From Massalongia carnosa (lineage: Eukaryota), in NCBI GenBank assembly GCA_965645245.1, contig OZ287085.1, forward strand, positions 124,001-188,000: DNA of 64,000 nucleotides, given 5' to 3'. The stretch's first letter is position 1, and each line of letters opens with the position of its first letter. The notes beneath the pieces were generated by a model. It saw nothing but the letters and a program-made list of their open reading frames with translations, was not told the DNA's origin and did no database searches. The position numbers were made by a program, and so were the translations under genes. Below are positions 24,982 through 35,700 of this stretch, in pieces.

Positions 24982-26250
24982 TGTCACGGTGCGAGGTCTA
25001 GTAGGAATTCAGGTGGTGCAAACGTATTACTTGATTGTCTAGCTAGGTGGACAAGAGGTTCGACAAGGAGAAAAGAAACAGAAAATCAAACGTGGGCGAG
25101 TATAAGACGCTAGCGAACGAAACTAGTCCCAATCCAGCTGTTGATCCAATTTCCCCCAAGTCCCTGGCATGAAACTATCGCCATGACACTATTGACAACC
25201 GGAACACTTACCTTTGCCCTGACTGAACCGGATTAAGCTTAGTTCCTTTCGGATCGGCTAGCCGGCTAGTGCTTCGTTCAAGCAGCTAAGGTTGGTTCAA
25301 TGAACTAACTGGCAGGTGCCCAGTCACTCCATGACACTAGCTCCCATTTTAAGTCCGAGCTCCGCGAGGACCACCAGGCTTGGTAGGCCTCAATCGATGA
25401 AAGTCTTCCAATAGGTCTGGGCAATGGGTGACGTCCTTAGCTTCAGTCCAGTCGGGGGCGTCCCAACCAGTCCATTTGATCAGGTATTGTAATCGTCTTC
25501 GGAAGAAACGGGAGTCCAAAATTTCTCTGACTTCCCACTCTGTTTCACCTTCAACTTCGACCGGAGGAGAAGGAGCGGGTATGTGGCCGACGTGGGGTTG
25601 TTGAGAGACAGGTTCTAGAAGGGAGACATGGAACACAGGATGAACGTTCATAGAGGCGGGAAGGTCTAACTCGTATGCGTACTTGCTAACAACTTTCTTT
25701 ATGGTGAACCTTCCAAGCTTTTTCCAGTCCAGCTTTCGTGATGGCCGTTTGGTCTTTATATGTCTAGCGTCCAACCAGACCTCGTCACCGATCTGAAACA
25801 TGGGAGCCGGGGTCCTACTTGCATTAGTAGATGCTTCATAACGTGCTTGAGCTAGGCGCATTTCGTCGCCGAGGTGTTCACTGATACATTGCATTTTGGA
25901 GGCGAATTCATCAGTGCTAATGACATGTGCATTGGGAGAGTCGCGATGGACAGGTTCAAAACCAAGACGGTGGTGGAAACCATAGTTGGCAAGGAACGGG
26001 CTAACGGACGTTGTTTCGGAGTCGGAGTTATTACTAGCGAACTCAGCCATGGGCAGCCAGTCGGTCCAATCATCTTGTTGATAAGACACATAGCTTCTGA
26101 GGTATTGTTCCATGACTGCGTTATAACGTTCCGTTTGACCGTCAGTCTCCGGATGAAACGACGTGGATAGTCGACTATTGATCTTTAGTCTTTCGCATAG
26201 TGCTTTCCAAAAGTCAGCTATGAACTGGCCTCCTCGGTCCGACACAATGG
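24982..26250 (-). mobile_element. Gypsy chromovirus E, 3' fragment (integrase-chromodomain + 3' LTR)
   Basis: ORF 25349-26245 has SDRGGQF, HPETDGQTER, HPVFHVSLL and chromodomain EWEVREILDSR..LQYLIKW.G. PPT is followed by LTR 24982-25336, the same family as the solo LTR at 58767-59120. Confidence 0.92.
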
Positions 26251-26359
26251 AGTTTCATGTTGCTGCCTTGAAGCTTCGAAGGGTGAATTTCTTAGAAGAT
26301 TGAAGAACGAATCGATTGAGATTTGTTTGAGATAGTTGCGCAGCTAATCGAAGAGTCTA

Positions 26360-26431
26360 TGATAGAATGTTCCGGTGATAGAATGTTCCGGTGATAGAAT
26401 GTTCCGGTGATAGAATGTTCCGATGATAGAA
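26360..26431 (+). repeat. 16-bp tandem repeat (TGATAGAATGTTCCGG) x ~4.5, probably at the edge of a degenerate LTR
   Basis: Direct reading; no spacers, no TSD found. Confidence 0.85.
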
Positions 26432-27209
26432 GAGGCTCAATAATAAGATACAGAACGAGCGAAGCACTTGCTTTATATAGGATCCCTGTCCTCGAAGGGC
26501 AGTCTGCAAACCTAAGCTTTCTTTCCGTTTTCCGAGAATTTTCCGAAAGCCGGATATCTCAATATAGTCATCCCCTTCTGTGGTTACCCGCAGACAAATC
26601 GGGCTGGCTCGCTCGCTGTCTGTGATTGACCACACAATGCAGAAATCAATAAATTACATCAGACAAGATCCTAAAAATGGCTTCAATGATCTAGATCATT
26701 GCGTCAGCATGCTTCTTGACCAATTAACAACAAGATGGGTTGCGAGGGGCGGGGCGCTGCGGGGCAAATAATCGAGAATCGAGGAGCTCGGATACTATTT
26801 TCGCAAGCGGAAATTCAACGCGATGATCATCGACTCAACACGCCTTCAGAGAAGTATCGAGAACACGACTTCATACATAATGAATGAAGCCCCCATCGAA
26901 AAAAGCTTTCAAGCCACCAACCCCTTTGAAACGACGAAACCGATGTCCGAAATCATTCGAAAATAAACGTTTTCTGCTGCATGTGCGCAAGAAAACCCGT
27001 TCGATGTCTGCTTCGTTTGAGTAAGTAGGACTTGCTTGATGTCCGCTTGATTGGACCTTAACGTGACCGTTATATAGAAAATGAACACATAAAGGAAAGC
27101 GTAAAAACAATCTCGTTTCGACGAAAAAAACTCAGACGTCATAAGCATAGACACCAAGTCATAGCTTAAACCATCAAAAACGACTGTTATGTCTCATAAC
27201 GAAAACCCA

Positions 27210-27500
27210 TTAAGGCTTAACCACAACATACTCGACCGCGCCCTGTGCGACGACCGCCTTCAGCTCCTCACGCGCATGCTCTGGGGAAACCCCCTCCATG
27301 ACCAAGGCCAGCCGAAAGCCATTCTGCGGCCCATGCCGATCGGTCTGATAAACCACAAACAATAGCGCTTTGCTTGTTTTTCCATCCCGTACAAGCCCAC
27401 CTCGCCGGACCGCCAGCTCGATTCCCTCCCCATCCTCAGCGTTGGAAATCTCGTCCAGCGCGCCGGCGCAGGCGAGTTCCCTAAAGGAAGCACTCTCCAT
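27210..27500 (-). CDS. Hypothetical 96-aa acidic protein whose ATG overlaps the last 20 nt of the secreted-protein ORF
   Basis: MESASFRELACAGALDEISNAEDGEGIELAVRRGGLVRDGKTSKALLFVVYQTDRHGPQNGFRLALVMEGVSPEHAREELKAVVAQGAVEYVVVKP*. Codons rich in G at position 1 and G/C at position 3; GC content drops right after its TAA. Confidence 0.55.
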   Translation of the reverse strand: MESASFRELACAGALDEISNAEDGEGIELAVRRGGLVRDGKTSKALLFVVYQTDRHGPQNGFRLALVMEGVSPEHAREELKAVVAQGAVEYVVVKP

Positions 27501-27945
27501 TTTCGGCGTTGAGGCTCTTGACGGATCCTCCGGTGTAACAGGTCGCGACGTTGTCGACGACGCACAAATAGCTCTTTCCCGGGCAGTTGTGCGACGACTT
27601 GAACCCTTTGCTGTGGGCCGGATCGCACCCTTGGAATTTGGCCTTGGCCTTTTTGATCTTTGCGCAATTCCTGCACGACAGCGCCCCTTTTTTGGCTTTG
27701 GGGACAAGGAGCGATCGCTTCTTCACCTTGCACGCGATGGAGGTTTGATCCCCGTTCTGGTGGGTATCGCCGTTGCAGAGATTGGGGTCCTGATTGGCGG
27801 GGCAAGAACGGGCAGTGTTGCCGCGGTTGCTGAGTGAAAAGCGTGGAGTCTCTCGATGGTTGAGGGGGGGGAGGGAGAACGCAAGGCTTTGAAGACTGAA
27901 GAGAACGACGAGAGAGAGCAGGAAGAACGAGATCCTCGATTGCAT
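27481..27945 (-). CDS. Small secreted cysteine-rich cationic protein (154 aa, 10 Cys); effector/antimicrobial-like
   Basis: Signal-peptide-like MQSRISFFLLSLVVLFSLQSLAFS, 10 cysteines and a Lys-rich C-terminal half. Intronless GC-rich ORF in AT-richer flanks. Confidence 0.8.
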   Translation of the reverse strand: MQSRISFFLLSLVVLFSLQSLAFSLPPLNHRETPRFSLSNRGNTARSCPANQDPNLCNGDTHQNGDQTSIACKVKKRSLLVPKAKKGALSCRNCAKIKKAKAKFQGCDPAHSKGFKSSHNCPGKSYLCVVDNVATCYTGGSVKSLNAENGECFL

Positions 27946-28326
27946 GTTCTGTTTCTATTGTATCGCCGTTAGCGAAACCTCGTCTTTTAAACAACCGAGC
28001 TAGTTACATTAAAAAAGAGGGGAATTACTTAACCAGGGCTTTGATGAGAGATCCAAGGGTGAGCTTATGAAAGCTTGGTGTAAGGACTATGGGGGCCGCG
28101 GTAGGTTTGTTGGCGTTGTGGGATGTGACGTTGATAGAGTGGATGAGAACTAATACTTGCGCAGTGTACTCAACGAAGATGCTCTGTAAAAGAAAGAAAT
28201 TTGAGCATTCGTAGGCGATTATCGTATATTTGGGCCAGTTTAAATGCTTTATGCTGTGTAGAAATATGCTATGATGATTAGGATACTTATAGATAGATTC
28301 GTTCTGGTCTCTATTGAGAGTCATTT

Positions 28327-28841
28327 TGTCAGGGCATAGAAGGAATAAGGGCTAAGCTAACTAAGCGGGGCTTAGTTCTACGGCTAGGCTTAGTCATATG
28401 GAAAGCAGTTGGTCTGCGTTACGCGGCTGGTATCTACTGCCGAGAGTATAGTACGAGCGATCGAGATATACGACGATGATCGTACGATTAGTGAGCGGAT
28501 GGTACGATACAGTCAGCACAGTGTCCACGATACAGTCAGCACAGTGTCTACGATACAGTCAGCACAGTGTCCACGATGCAGTCAGCAGAGTGTTTAGCCG
28601 GCTTATCCGGTAGGAGTAATGGGCGGTCAAGATAGTAACAGTATCAAGGGCCCAGAGGGTCAAGGGCTTCGGTCCGGGTATATAAGGAGGCTGCTCGAGG
28701 GAGATGCAATCTTCAACGATTAGTCTTCCGCTTTACTTACATACTTCTTTTAGTATATTAGTATAGCAAATCATTAGTGTCTTCACATTGTCACATATCC
28801 CTAGGCCTGGTGTCTGATACTCGCCAGGTCTGACTCTTACA
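28327..28841. mobile_element. Solo LTR (515 bp) with internal 23-bp tandem repeat
   Basis: TGTCAG...TTACA termini, CATTT TSD (28322-28326 / 28842-28846), ACGATACAGTCAGCACAGTGTCC x4 at 28504-28593, TATATAA near 28679. Confidence 0.85.
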
Positions 28842-29323
28842 CATTTGCTGCATTTGAAAGAGGAAAGTACCATTTAATTATATTGAAGTAGGGATAGCTC
28901 ACTTTAAGGTTAAAGCTTCAATAAGATAGTGTACTCCGTAATACGAACGGTTTCATCATCAAAATCTCCGTTATCAATATCGTAGATGTTGAAACTTGAG
29001 ACGGTTGATTATTCTATAGAGGAGAAGAGCGGCTAATATACATTTAGCTGACTAAGCATAGAAACTTCCAGAATGAGGGCTTGCCTCAGTACCTCAGACG
29101 TGCCCGGCTAAGCTCCTTCGGGTTAGCCTTACAGAACGTTAAGCCCCTTCGGGTTAACAGGCTGACTACGCAGCACATAGTGGTAGTATGGCGTCTAGAA
29201 AGACCAGATGGTCTGCACCTTCCAAGGCTGGCACCTTCCTATTTTAGTTAGTTAGCTTAGACTAGTGCTGGTAAAACCTCGGGTCCATGGCTTTTTCTGG
29301 CGACCACGGTGCGATGCTGAGAG

Positions 29324-29442
29324 TGTTGGAATACTCGCTTAGCCCCATTAGTTCTAGCTCAGCCCTGCAGGCTGCCATGACTGCTATAAGCAGTCACCTC
29401 CGTAGTAATTTCAATATTATGCCGTCAACTGTTTATTTAACA
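29324..29442 (+). mobile_element. Solo LTR of the TRIM family found at 60429-61327
   Basis: Near-identical to the TRIM LTRs (TGTTGGAATACTCGC...TTTAACA); GAGAG TSD (29319-29323 / 29443-29447). Confidence 0.95.
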
Positions 29443-29597
29443 GAGAGAAGCCTTGATAGTAGACGTTGTATAGAGAAGTACCAGCGCAAGTATCCAGTCC
29501 CAAGTTGTCCGAGTTCCACCCAAACAGAGTCCCATTCATCCCCCATATTCACCTCAATTCCTCCAACCTCCTCATCCTTACCTGAAGAGAAGTCAAG

Positions 29598-30708
29598 GTG
29601 GCATACCCAGACTCACTATACGAAGAACTAGTCCGACACCTACTCTCACTCCCAGGAAATGCCCCATTCAGTCCACTTAGTCCTATCCACATCATGGCTA
29701 ATATTCCAGAACCCACCTTCAACTTTTGTGGCTGCTTCTCCGGAAAAGGTAACATCTCGGCAGCAAGATGGCTCAAGAAGCTGGAGTACGAACTCACCCC
29801 ACACCGGGTAGATGGCATGGTTCCTCCATCGAAACTCCTAGAATGCATCAACCTCCTACTCACCGACGAAGCTGCCGAGTGGGCAGAGACGAACCCAGAT
29901 GCCGCTCGTCTCCTTGGAGATGAAGAACCCACTGCCGAAACTGCCTTTGCCTTCCGGAATTTGTTTCAGGAAAGATTCCCTGCAAGATCCGTTGACTTAT
30001 CCACAGTCAGCTTTGACATAGAGCTCAGTGAGCTCAAACAGAGACCAGACGAGCCTATCTCCTCCTACTATAAGCGGTTTACAGCCCTTATGCTTCGTGT
30101 GGGAGCCAGGGATCATCCAGCGGCTGGCCTGGCTGTCCTTTCACTTCTGGAATCCGCCACCTTGGACGTGATCATGAAGGCGTTTGTCAAAGGTTTGTTT
30201 GATGACGAGGTTCGGAAAGACACGATCCATGGCCTCACCACCACAGGCCGGTCCCTCCGGGGGCTCTGCACGTTGGCTGAAGATGCCGACAGAGCCAAGA
30301 AGGAACTTCATAAGTTACTTGACGAGGAGCACAAGACCCGGGAGCTAGAGTTCTATCGAGACGTAGTTAGGCAGAATATGGCTCAGGAGAAAATAGAATT
30401 CCTTCTGGCTACATACCGGGCACAACCTGCTCCAAAGAAATGGGCTTTCGATAACCCATTCGAAAAGCCATCACTCACCCCACAAGTTGCCAAACCAGCA
30501 CCTTTAGGAGAGACGTCCGGAAACTCCACGCATCGGCCCAAGCCCAACAACCAGTCATATCACCCCCGACCATACTCAGGAAATGGAGACAGACGTTCCC
30601 AATTCCATAGACCCCAATCCAAGGATCTTCCGAGTAGATCCACCTCACTCAATAAATACATCAATGGGTCCCGGACATGGGGGACTGGAGATGGACCTTT
30701 GTGCGTCA
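29598..30708 (+). pseudogene. gag: Gypsy-type gag, truncated at the zinc knuckle (likely ATG 29694)
   Basis: FSGKGNISAARWLKKL, LLLTDEAAEW, LKQRPDEPISSYYKR and FVKGL. Breaks at GPLCV where unrelated LTR-like sequence begins. Confidence 0.75.
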
Positions 30709-30800
30709 TGTTGGATGTTAGATGATGAGGCCACCATCATCATGGGCATCCATCATGAGCCTCGGGAGGTGCCTTGCAAGGTGCCTAAACAAGCAGAGAT

Positions 30801-30928
30801 GGGAGACAAGGTCTGACCGTCAGGGGGACAAGGTCTGACCGTCAGGGGGACAAGGTCTGACCGTCAGGAGAACAAGGTCTGACCGCAAGGAGGACAAGGT
30901 CTGACCGTCAGGGGGACAAGGTCTGACC
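30801..30928 (+). repeat. 22-bp tandem repeat (GGGACAAGGTCTGACCGTCAGG) x ~6 within an LTR-like segment (~30709-37607) that hosts Gypsy B
   Basis: Direct reading. TG start at 30709, TATA at ~30956 and CA end at 37607 suggest an LTR, but no TSD was found. Confidence 0.75.
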
Positions 30929-31527
30929 TCCTAGATGTGACTGTTTTGTAACTGCTATATAAAGCAGACAAATAGCCCACATAGATAATTACCTTCAATG
31001 ACAATCATGTGTCATGAAATCGAACCAACCCGATCCAGAATCAATCCCGCAGATGAATCTGACTAAGCTCCCGTTCCTCTATTCAGCTTAGTCAGAATCT
31101 CATTAACTAAATCGAGTTTAGACCCCTCTCAACGGCTTCAGGTCAAAGCTGTACCATCACCATCAAAGCGTACCAACGACAGGAGAACCTCATCTCCACC
31201 TTTTATCGTCAAACACCTCGTCAAACCTTCGTGCCGTACGTCTCCTAATAGGGGGAGATGAACACTGATCGAATCTTCATGCAAAGGGGTTCGAGACAAA
31301 TATAAAAGGAAGGACAAGTTAATTAGATTGTTGACTCCTTGTCCGACGTCTTGTATAGCAATCCATCACCTAGCTATAGCCTTATTAATAAAGACATCTT
31401 GATCACCCAATCCAATTCCTAGGAACATTAGTTCAATCCCCTGCCCAGTCCTTGACATTACGTCGGACCTACATCGAAAGGTGCCTTTCATAGCACTAGC
31501 CCCTGTCCCCCCTCATATTCCACCATC

Positions 31528-32721
31528 ATGTCTTCGTCTTCAGAAGAGATGACCGTCCCCCAAAATCCTCTCATCGACGAGAACGTGAAGTTGTTTCAAA
31601 ACCAGTTCCAAACCAATCCTGAAGCATTCGTCGCGGAAATACGACGACTTCAAGACGAGGTGGCCCGGTTGCAGGCCGCCCCAGCTCCCGACCCCCCTAT
31701 ACCCACTCCAGCATCAACCTCGTCTCCCTCGTCCGTTCCGGCAATGGACCCTCAGATAGCTGCCCTCCTGCAGCTCCTTTTGACCCGGAATTCCGAGTCC
31801 AAAACCGATCTTCGTTCCGAAAAACTTCCCGACATCTCCGAGTACGATGGAGATGAAGCCAAGTTGGACTCCTGGGAACAGAGCCTGATTCAACGGATGC
31901 ACGTTAATCATGATCGATACTCCACCGATGCCTCCAAGATTGCATACGCGGAGAATCGGCTCACCATCGGGAAACGAGCTCACAACCTTATGAATGCGTA
32001 TCGAGTGGATGGCATTTGTAGACTCACCACCTTCTCCGAATGGCGTTCTGCTCTTCGCCTAGCCTGCGGCAACCCCTTCGAACAAGAGGATGCCCGTAAG
32101 TACCTTCGAGAAACCCTCAAGCAGGGCTCTCTGAGTTTCGAAGAGTACAACACTCTCTTCTCTCAGAAAAAAGACCGATCCAGAATGGAAGACGCTTCGT
32201 TGATTGATGCCATGAAGGCAAACATCAACTACTCCGTTCAAACAGCGGCCGTCCACTACCGAGTCCCCGGCACCAATCTGGAGCCAATCACCTTCGACGA
32301 GCACGTCGCAATGTGGTTAAGCACGGACCGGAAAATCCGTCAGATCCGTCATCTGGCACCCAAGGCCACGACTCCGGCCACATCAGCTCCCGCCAATCGA
32401 AGAAACGGCACCAACCTTCCTGCTGCCCCTTTCCCCCGCACTGTCGTCACGGGCACGGTCACCCCATTGATCCCAACCCCCGCCTTCCCCCCAGCTGGAG
32501 ACCCCATGGACCTAAGTCAGGCCATGGCGGCTGTCAAAGGTCAGTCGTTGAAAACCGAGGGAGTAAGGAAGATCTGCGAGAATTGGAACCTGTGCTTCTA
32601 TTGCAAATTGCAACACCTCGGGTCGGCCTCCGACTGTCCAAATAAGCCTACCAAACGCCTTCGCAACATGGAAGTCGTCTCGACCCTCACTCCCGAGACT
32701 GACGACTCGGGAAACGTCTAG
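31528..32721 (+). CDS. gag: Gag of Gypsy B
   Basis: SEKLPDISEYDG, LKQG..SFEEY, DPMDLS and atypical knuckle CFYCKLQHLGSASDC. Confidence 0.92.
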   Translation: MSSSSEEMTVPQNPLIDENVKLFQNQFQTNPEAFVAEIRRLQDEVARLQAAPAPDPPIPTPASTSSPSSVPAMDPQIAALLQLLLTRNSESKTDLRSEKLPDISEYDGDEAKLDSWEQSLIQRMHVNHDRYSTDASKIAYAENRLTIGKRAHNLMNAYRVDGICRLTTFSEWRSALRLACGNPFEQEDARKYLRETLKQGSLSFEEYNTLFSQKKDRSRMEDASLIDAMKANINYSVQTAAVHYRVPGTNLEPITFDEHVAMWLSTDRKIRQIRHLAPKATTPATSAPANRRNGTNLPAAPFPRTVVTGTVTPLIPTPAFPPAGDPMDLSQAMAAVKGQSLKTEGVRKICENWNLCFYCKLQHLGSASDCPNKPTKRLRNMEVVSTLTPETDDSGNV

Positions 32722-35700
32722 ACTCTGCGCATCGTCGCGCGCAGAGCCCTATTTTAATTTCTTCTTGTCTGTTAGCCAACTCGTTTTCTCCCCCCCTTCA
32801 ATCAAACACTCGTTTTTCCGCAGCCTCCGCTTTGGAGCTGTTTGAAACCGAAGAAGCGTTTCGAGATAGCCACCTAGTGGTATCATGTATCTTACGTTTA
32901 GGTAGATCTCGAATTCAAGCTCTCAATCTGATTGATTGTGGTGCATCTGGCTATGCATTCATTGACAAGAAGTTTGCGCAAACTCACCAAATCCCCCTTC
33001 ATCCCCTCAAATACGCCCGACGCCTTGAAGGCTTCGACGGTCAGCCGGCTCTGACTGGAAATATCACTCATGTGGCCGAGGTAATCATGGACTTAAACGG
33101 ACATGTAGAAAGATTATTCCTTTTCGTAACAGGACTGAAAACCTACCCCATCGTCCTGGGACACCCGTGGTTGCGACGACATCAAGCTCTCGCTGATTTC
33201 GAGTCCAACTCTCTCTCCCTGTCTTCCTCTTTCTGCCTGGCTCATTGTAGCCCTCATCCAGTCAAGGTGAAGGCCTACACGGGCGAGAAATTCCTATCTC
33301 CTGCGGAAAGTCAGGAAGTATGGGAATCGGAAAACTACTCGTCCAATAGTCAAATCCTGTCCGAAAAACCTGTCCTGTCCGATAAAACCACGCCGCGCGA
33401 TAGTAAGACAACTTCTCTCGAAAATCAGGACATCAGTCGTATCGAAAAAGCGATTGAACAGGGCGACTCACCGAAAATCCGATATCGAAGTCCCTCTTCG
33501 TATCGCACCTCCACTCAGCGACATGCTGCCCAGCAGAATCGCAATCCTCCTGTTTTGGACGTCTGTGAAATCGGCGCCCTCAACTTCAACTATCTCGGAC
33601 GAAAAAAGAGTCACGAGATGTTTGCTCTCTCCTTGAAAGAAATCGATCACTTTCTCGGCCTGACTCAACCTGAACCTAAGCCTGAACCCAAACCTGAATC
33701 TCGCCTTCGTCAAGAGACTGACTGGGCACACTCGAAACCAACCTACCAACCCAACCCCCGGTCCAGCCCTAGTGAAAAGAAATATCACTTAGCCCTGTTC
33801 CGTATGAACCAGGCTCTGACACAGTTATGTTCAGTGACCGAACCCGAACCTCAACCCTTGACACTGCAATCATCAGTGACCGCCGAAGAACTGAACGCTT
33901 ATCGTGAGCGAAAGAACGTCGACCCAGCCCCCCTTCTACCCAAACAGTATCACGACTTTCTGGATGTCTTCTCCAAAAAAGAATCGGACGTCCTGCCCGA
34001 ACACCGACCCTACGACCATGCCATAAAGCTAAAAGAAGGCTCTCCAATCCCGAATCAAGCTCTTTATGGCATGAGTCGAACCGAAATCGAAGAACTCCGA
34101 CGCTACCTTGATGAGAACCTGTCGAAAGGCTTCATCCGAGCTAGTAAATCCCCCGCTGCCTCCCCAGTCATGTTCGTAAAGAAGCCAGGAGGAGGACTTC
34201 GCTTCTGTGTCGACTATCGAGGCCTCAATGCCATCACGATTAAGAATCGGTATCCGCTTCCCCTGATCACCGAAACCCTGAATCGCCTGAGTCGGGCTAA
34301 GATATTCACCAAGCTGGACATTATTTCAGCGTTCAATCGGCTCCGCATCAAGGAAGGAGATGAAGAACTCACCGCATTCAGAACCCGTTTTGGCCTCTTC
34401 GAATCCCTAGTCCTACCATTCGGCCTCTGTAACGGCCCCGCCTCCTTTCAACACTTCATCAATGATACTCTTCGAGAGTATCTCGACGACTTTTGCACGG
34501 CCTATCTAGATGACATTCTCATCTACAGCGAAATTGAAAGCGAGCATGAAATCCACGTCAAACGTATCCTCATCAAGCTGAGAGAAGCCGGGCTGCAAGT
34601 AGACATCACCAAATGCAAATTTCATGTCACAGAAGTTGCCTATCTCGGACTAATCGTAACCACCGAGGGAATCAAAATGGACCCCGCTAAAATCGAAACA
34701 GTAACTCATTGGCCAATACCGATCAATATGAAAGATGTACAAAGCTTTCTGGGATTTGCTAACTTCTATAGACGATTCGTATACGGCTTTAGTAAGATAG
34801 CCGGCCCACTGACGAATCTAACCAAAAAGGAGGTCAGCTTTCAATGGACTGACAAATGTCAACAGGCATTCGAAACTCTAAAAAAAGCTTTCACCTCGGA
34901 ACTAATACTGATGCATTTCGATCCCGATCGTCCTATCATCGTGGAAACCGATGCTTCGGACTACGTCTCTGGTGGTATCCTTTCTCAGTATGACAACGAG
35001 AACGTGCTTCGCCCCATCGCATACTTCTCCAAGAAACACAACCCGGCCGAATGCAATTATGAGATCTATGACAAGGAACTCATGGCCATCGTCCGATGCT
35101 TCGAAGAATGGAGACCGGAATTGGAAGGTTCTGCTCACCCCATCAGCGTTATCTCAGATCATAAGAATTTGGAATACTTCGCTTCAACCAAACAACTCAG
35201 TCGTCGTCAAGCTCGCTGGTCCGAATTCTTATCCCGATTTGACTTTAAAATAGTCTATCGACCCGGAAAAGCTGGTGGAAAACCAGATGCACTGACTCGT
35301 CGCTCAGGAGACCTCCCTAAAGAGGGGGATGAAACTGATGAAAGACATAAACATCAGCATCAAACCATCCTGAAAACTCATAACCTGGACGACGAAGTGG
35401 CGAAAAGTTTCTTATCCACGATTATCCTAGCCCCCGCGTTCATCGAACAGGATCCCGAGTCCGTTGAACATGATCACGAGTTCATTGAACCTGAACCACA
35501 GCTGGATCAGCCTGCCGACCAAACCAATCCTGGCCAAGACCCGACCGACGTCCCAACTCAGCTGTTATGGGAACAAGCTCTGGAACAGGATCAATTCTCT
35601 CTGAAAGTTCTAGACATGCTTCGCAATAATGTCAGATATCATAACGGCATTCAGCTAGCCGAATGTGAAGATAAAGAAGGGATTCTTTATTTTCGAAACC

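Noticed and set aside
26358..26640. Complete solo LTR beginning at the 16-bp repeats
   Set aside because: LTR-like composition, but no matching terminus or TSD could be identified.
27260..27994. 244-aa minus-strand ORF and 155-aa plus-strand ORF overlapping the secreted-protein locus
   Set aside because: Low-complexity R/Q/P-rich or antisense shadow frames of a GC-rich coding block, with no motifs.
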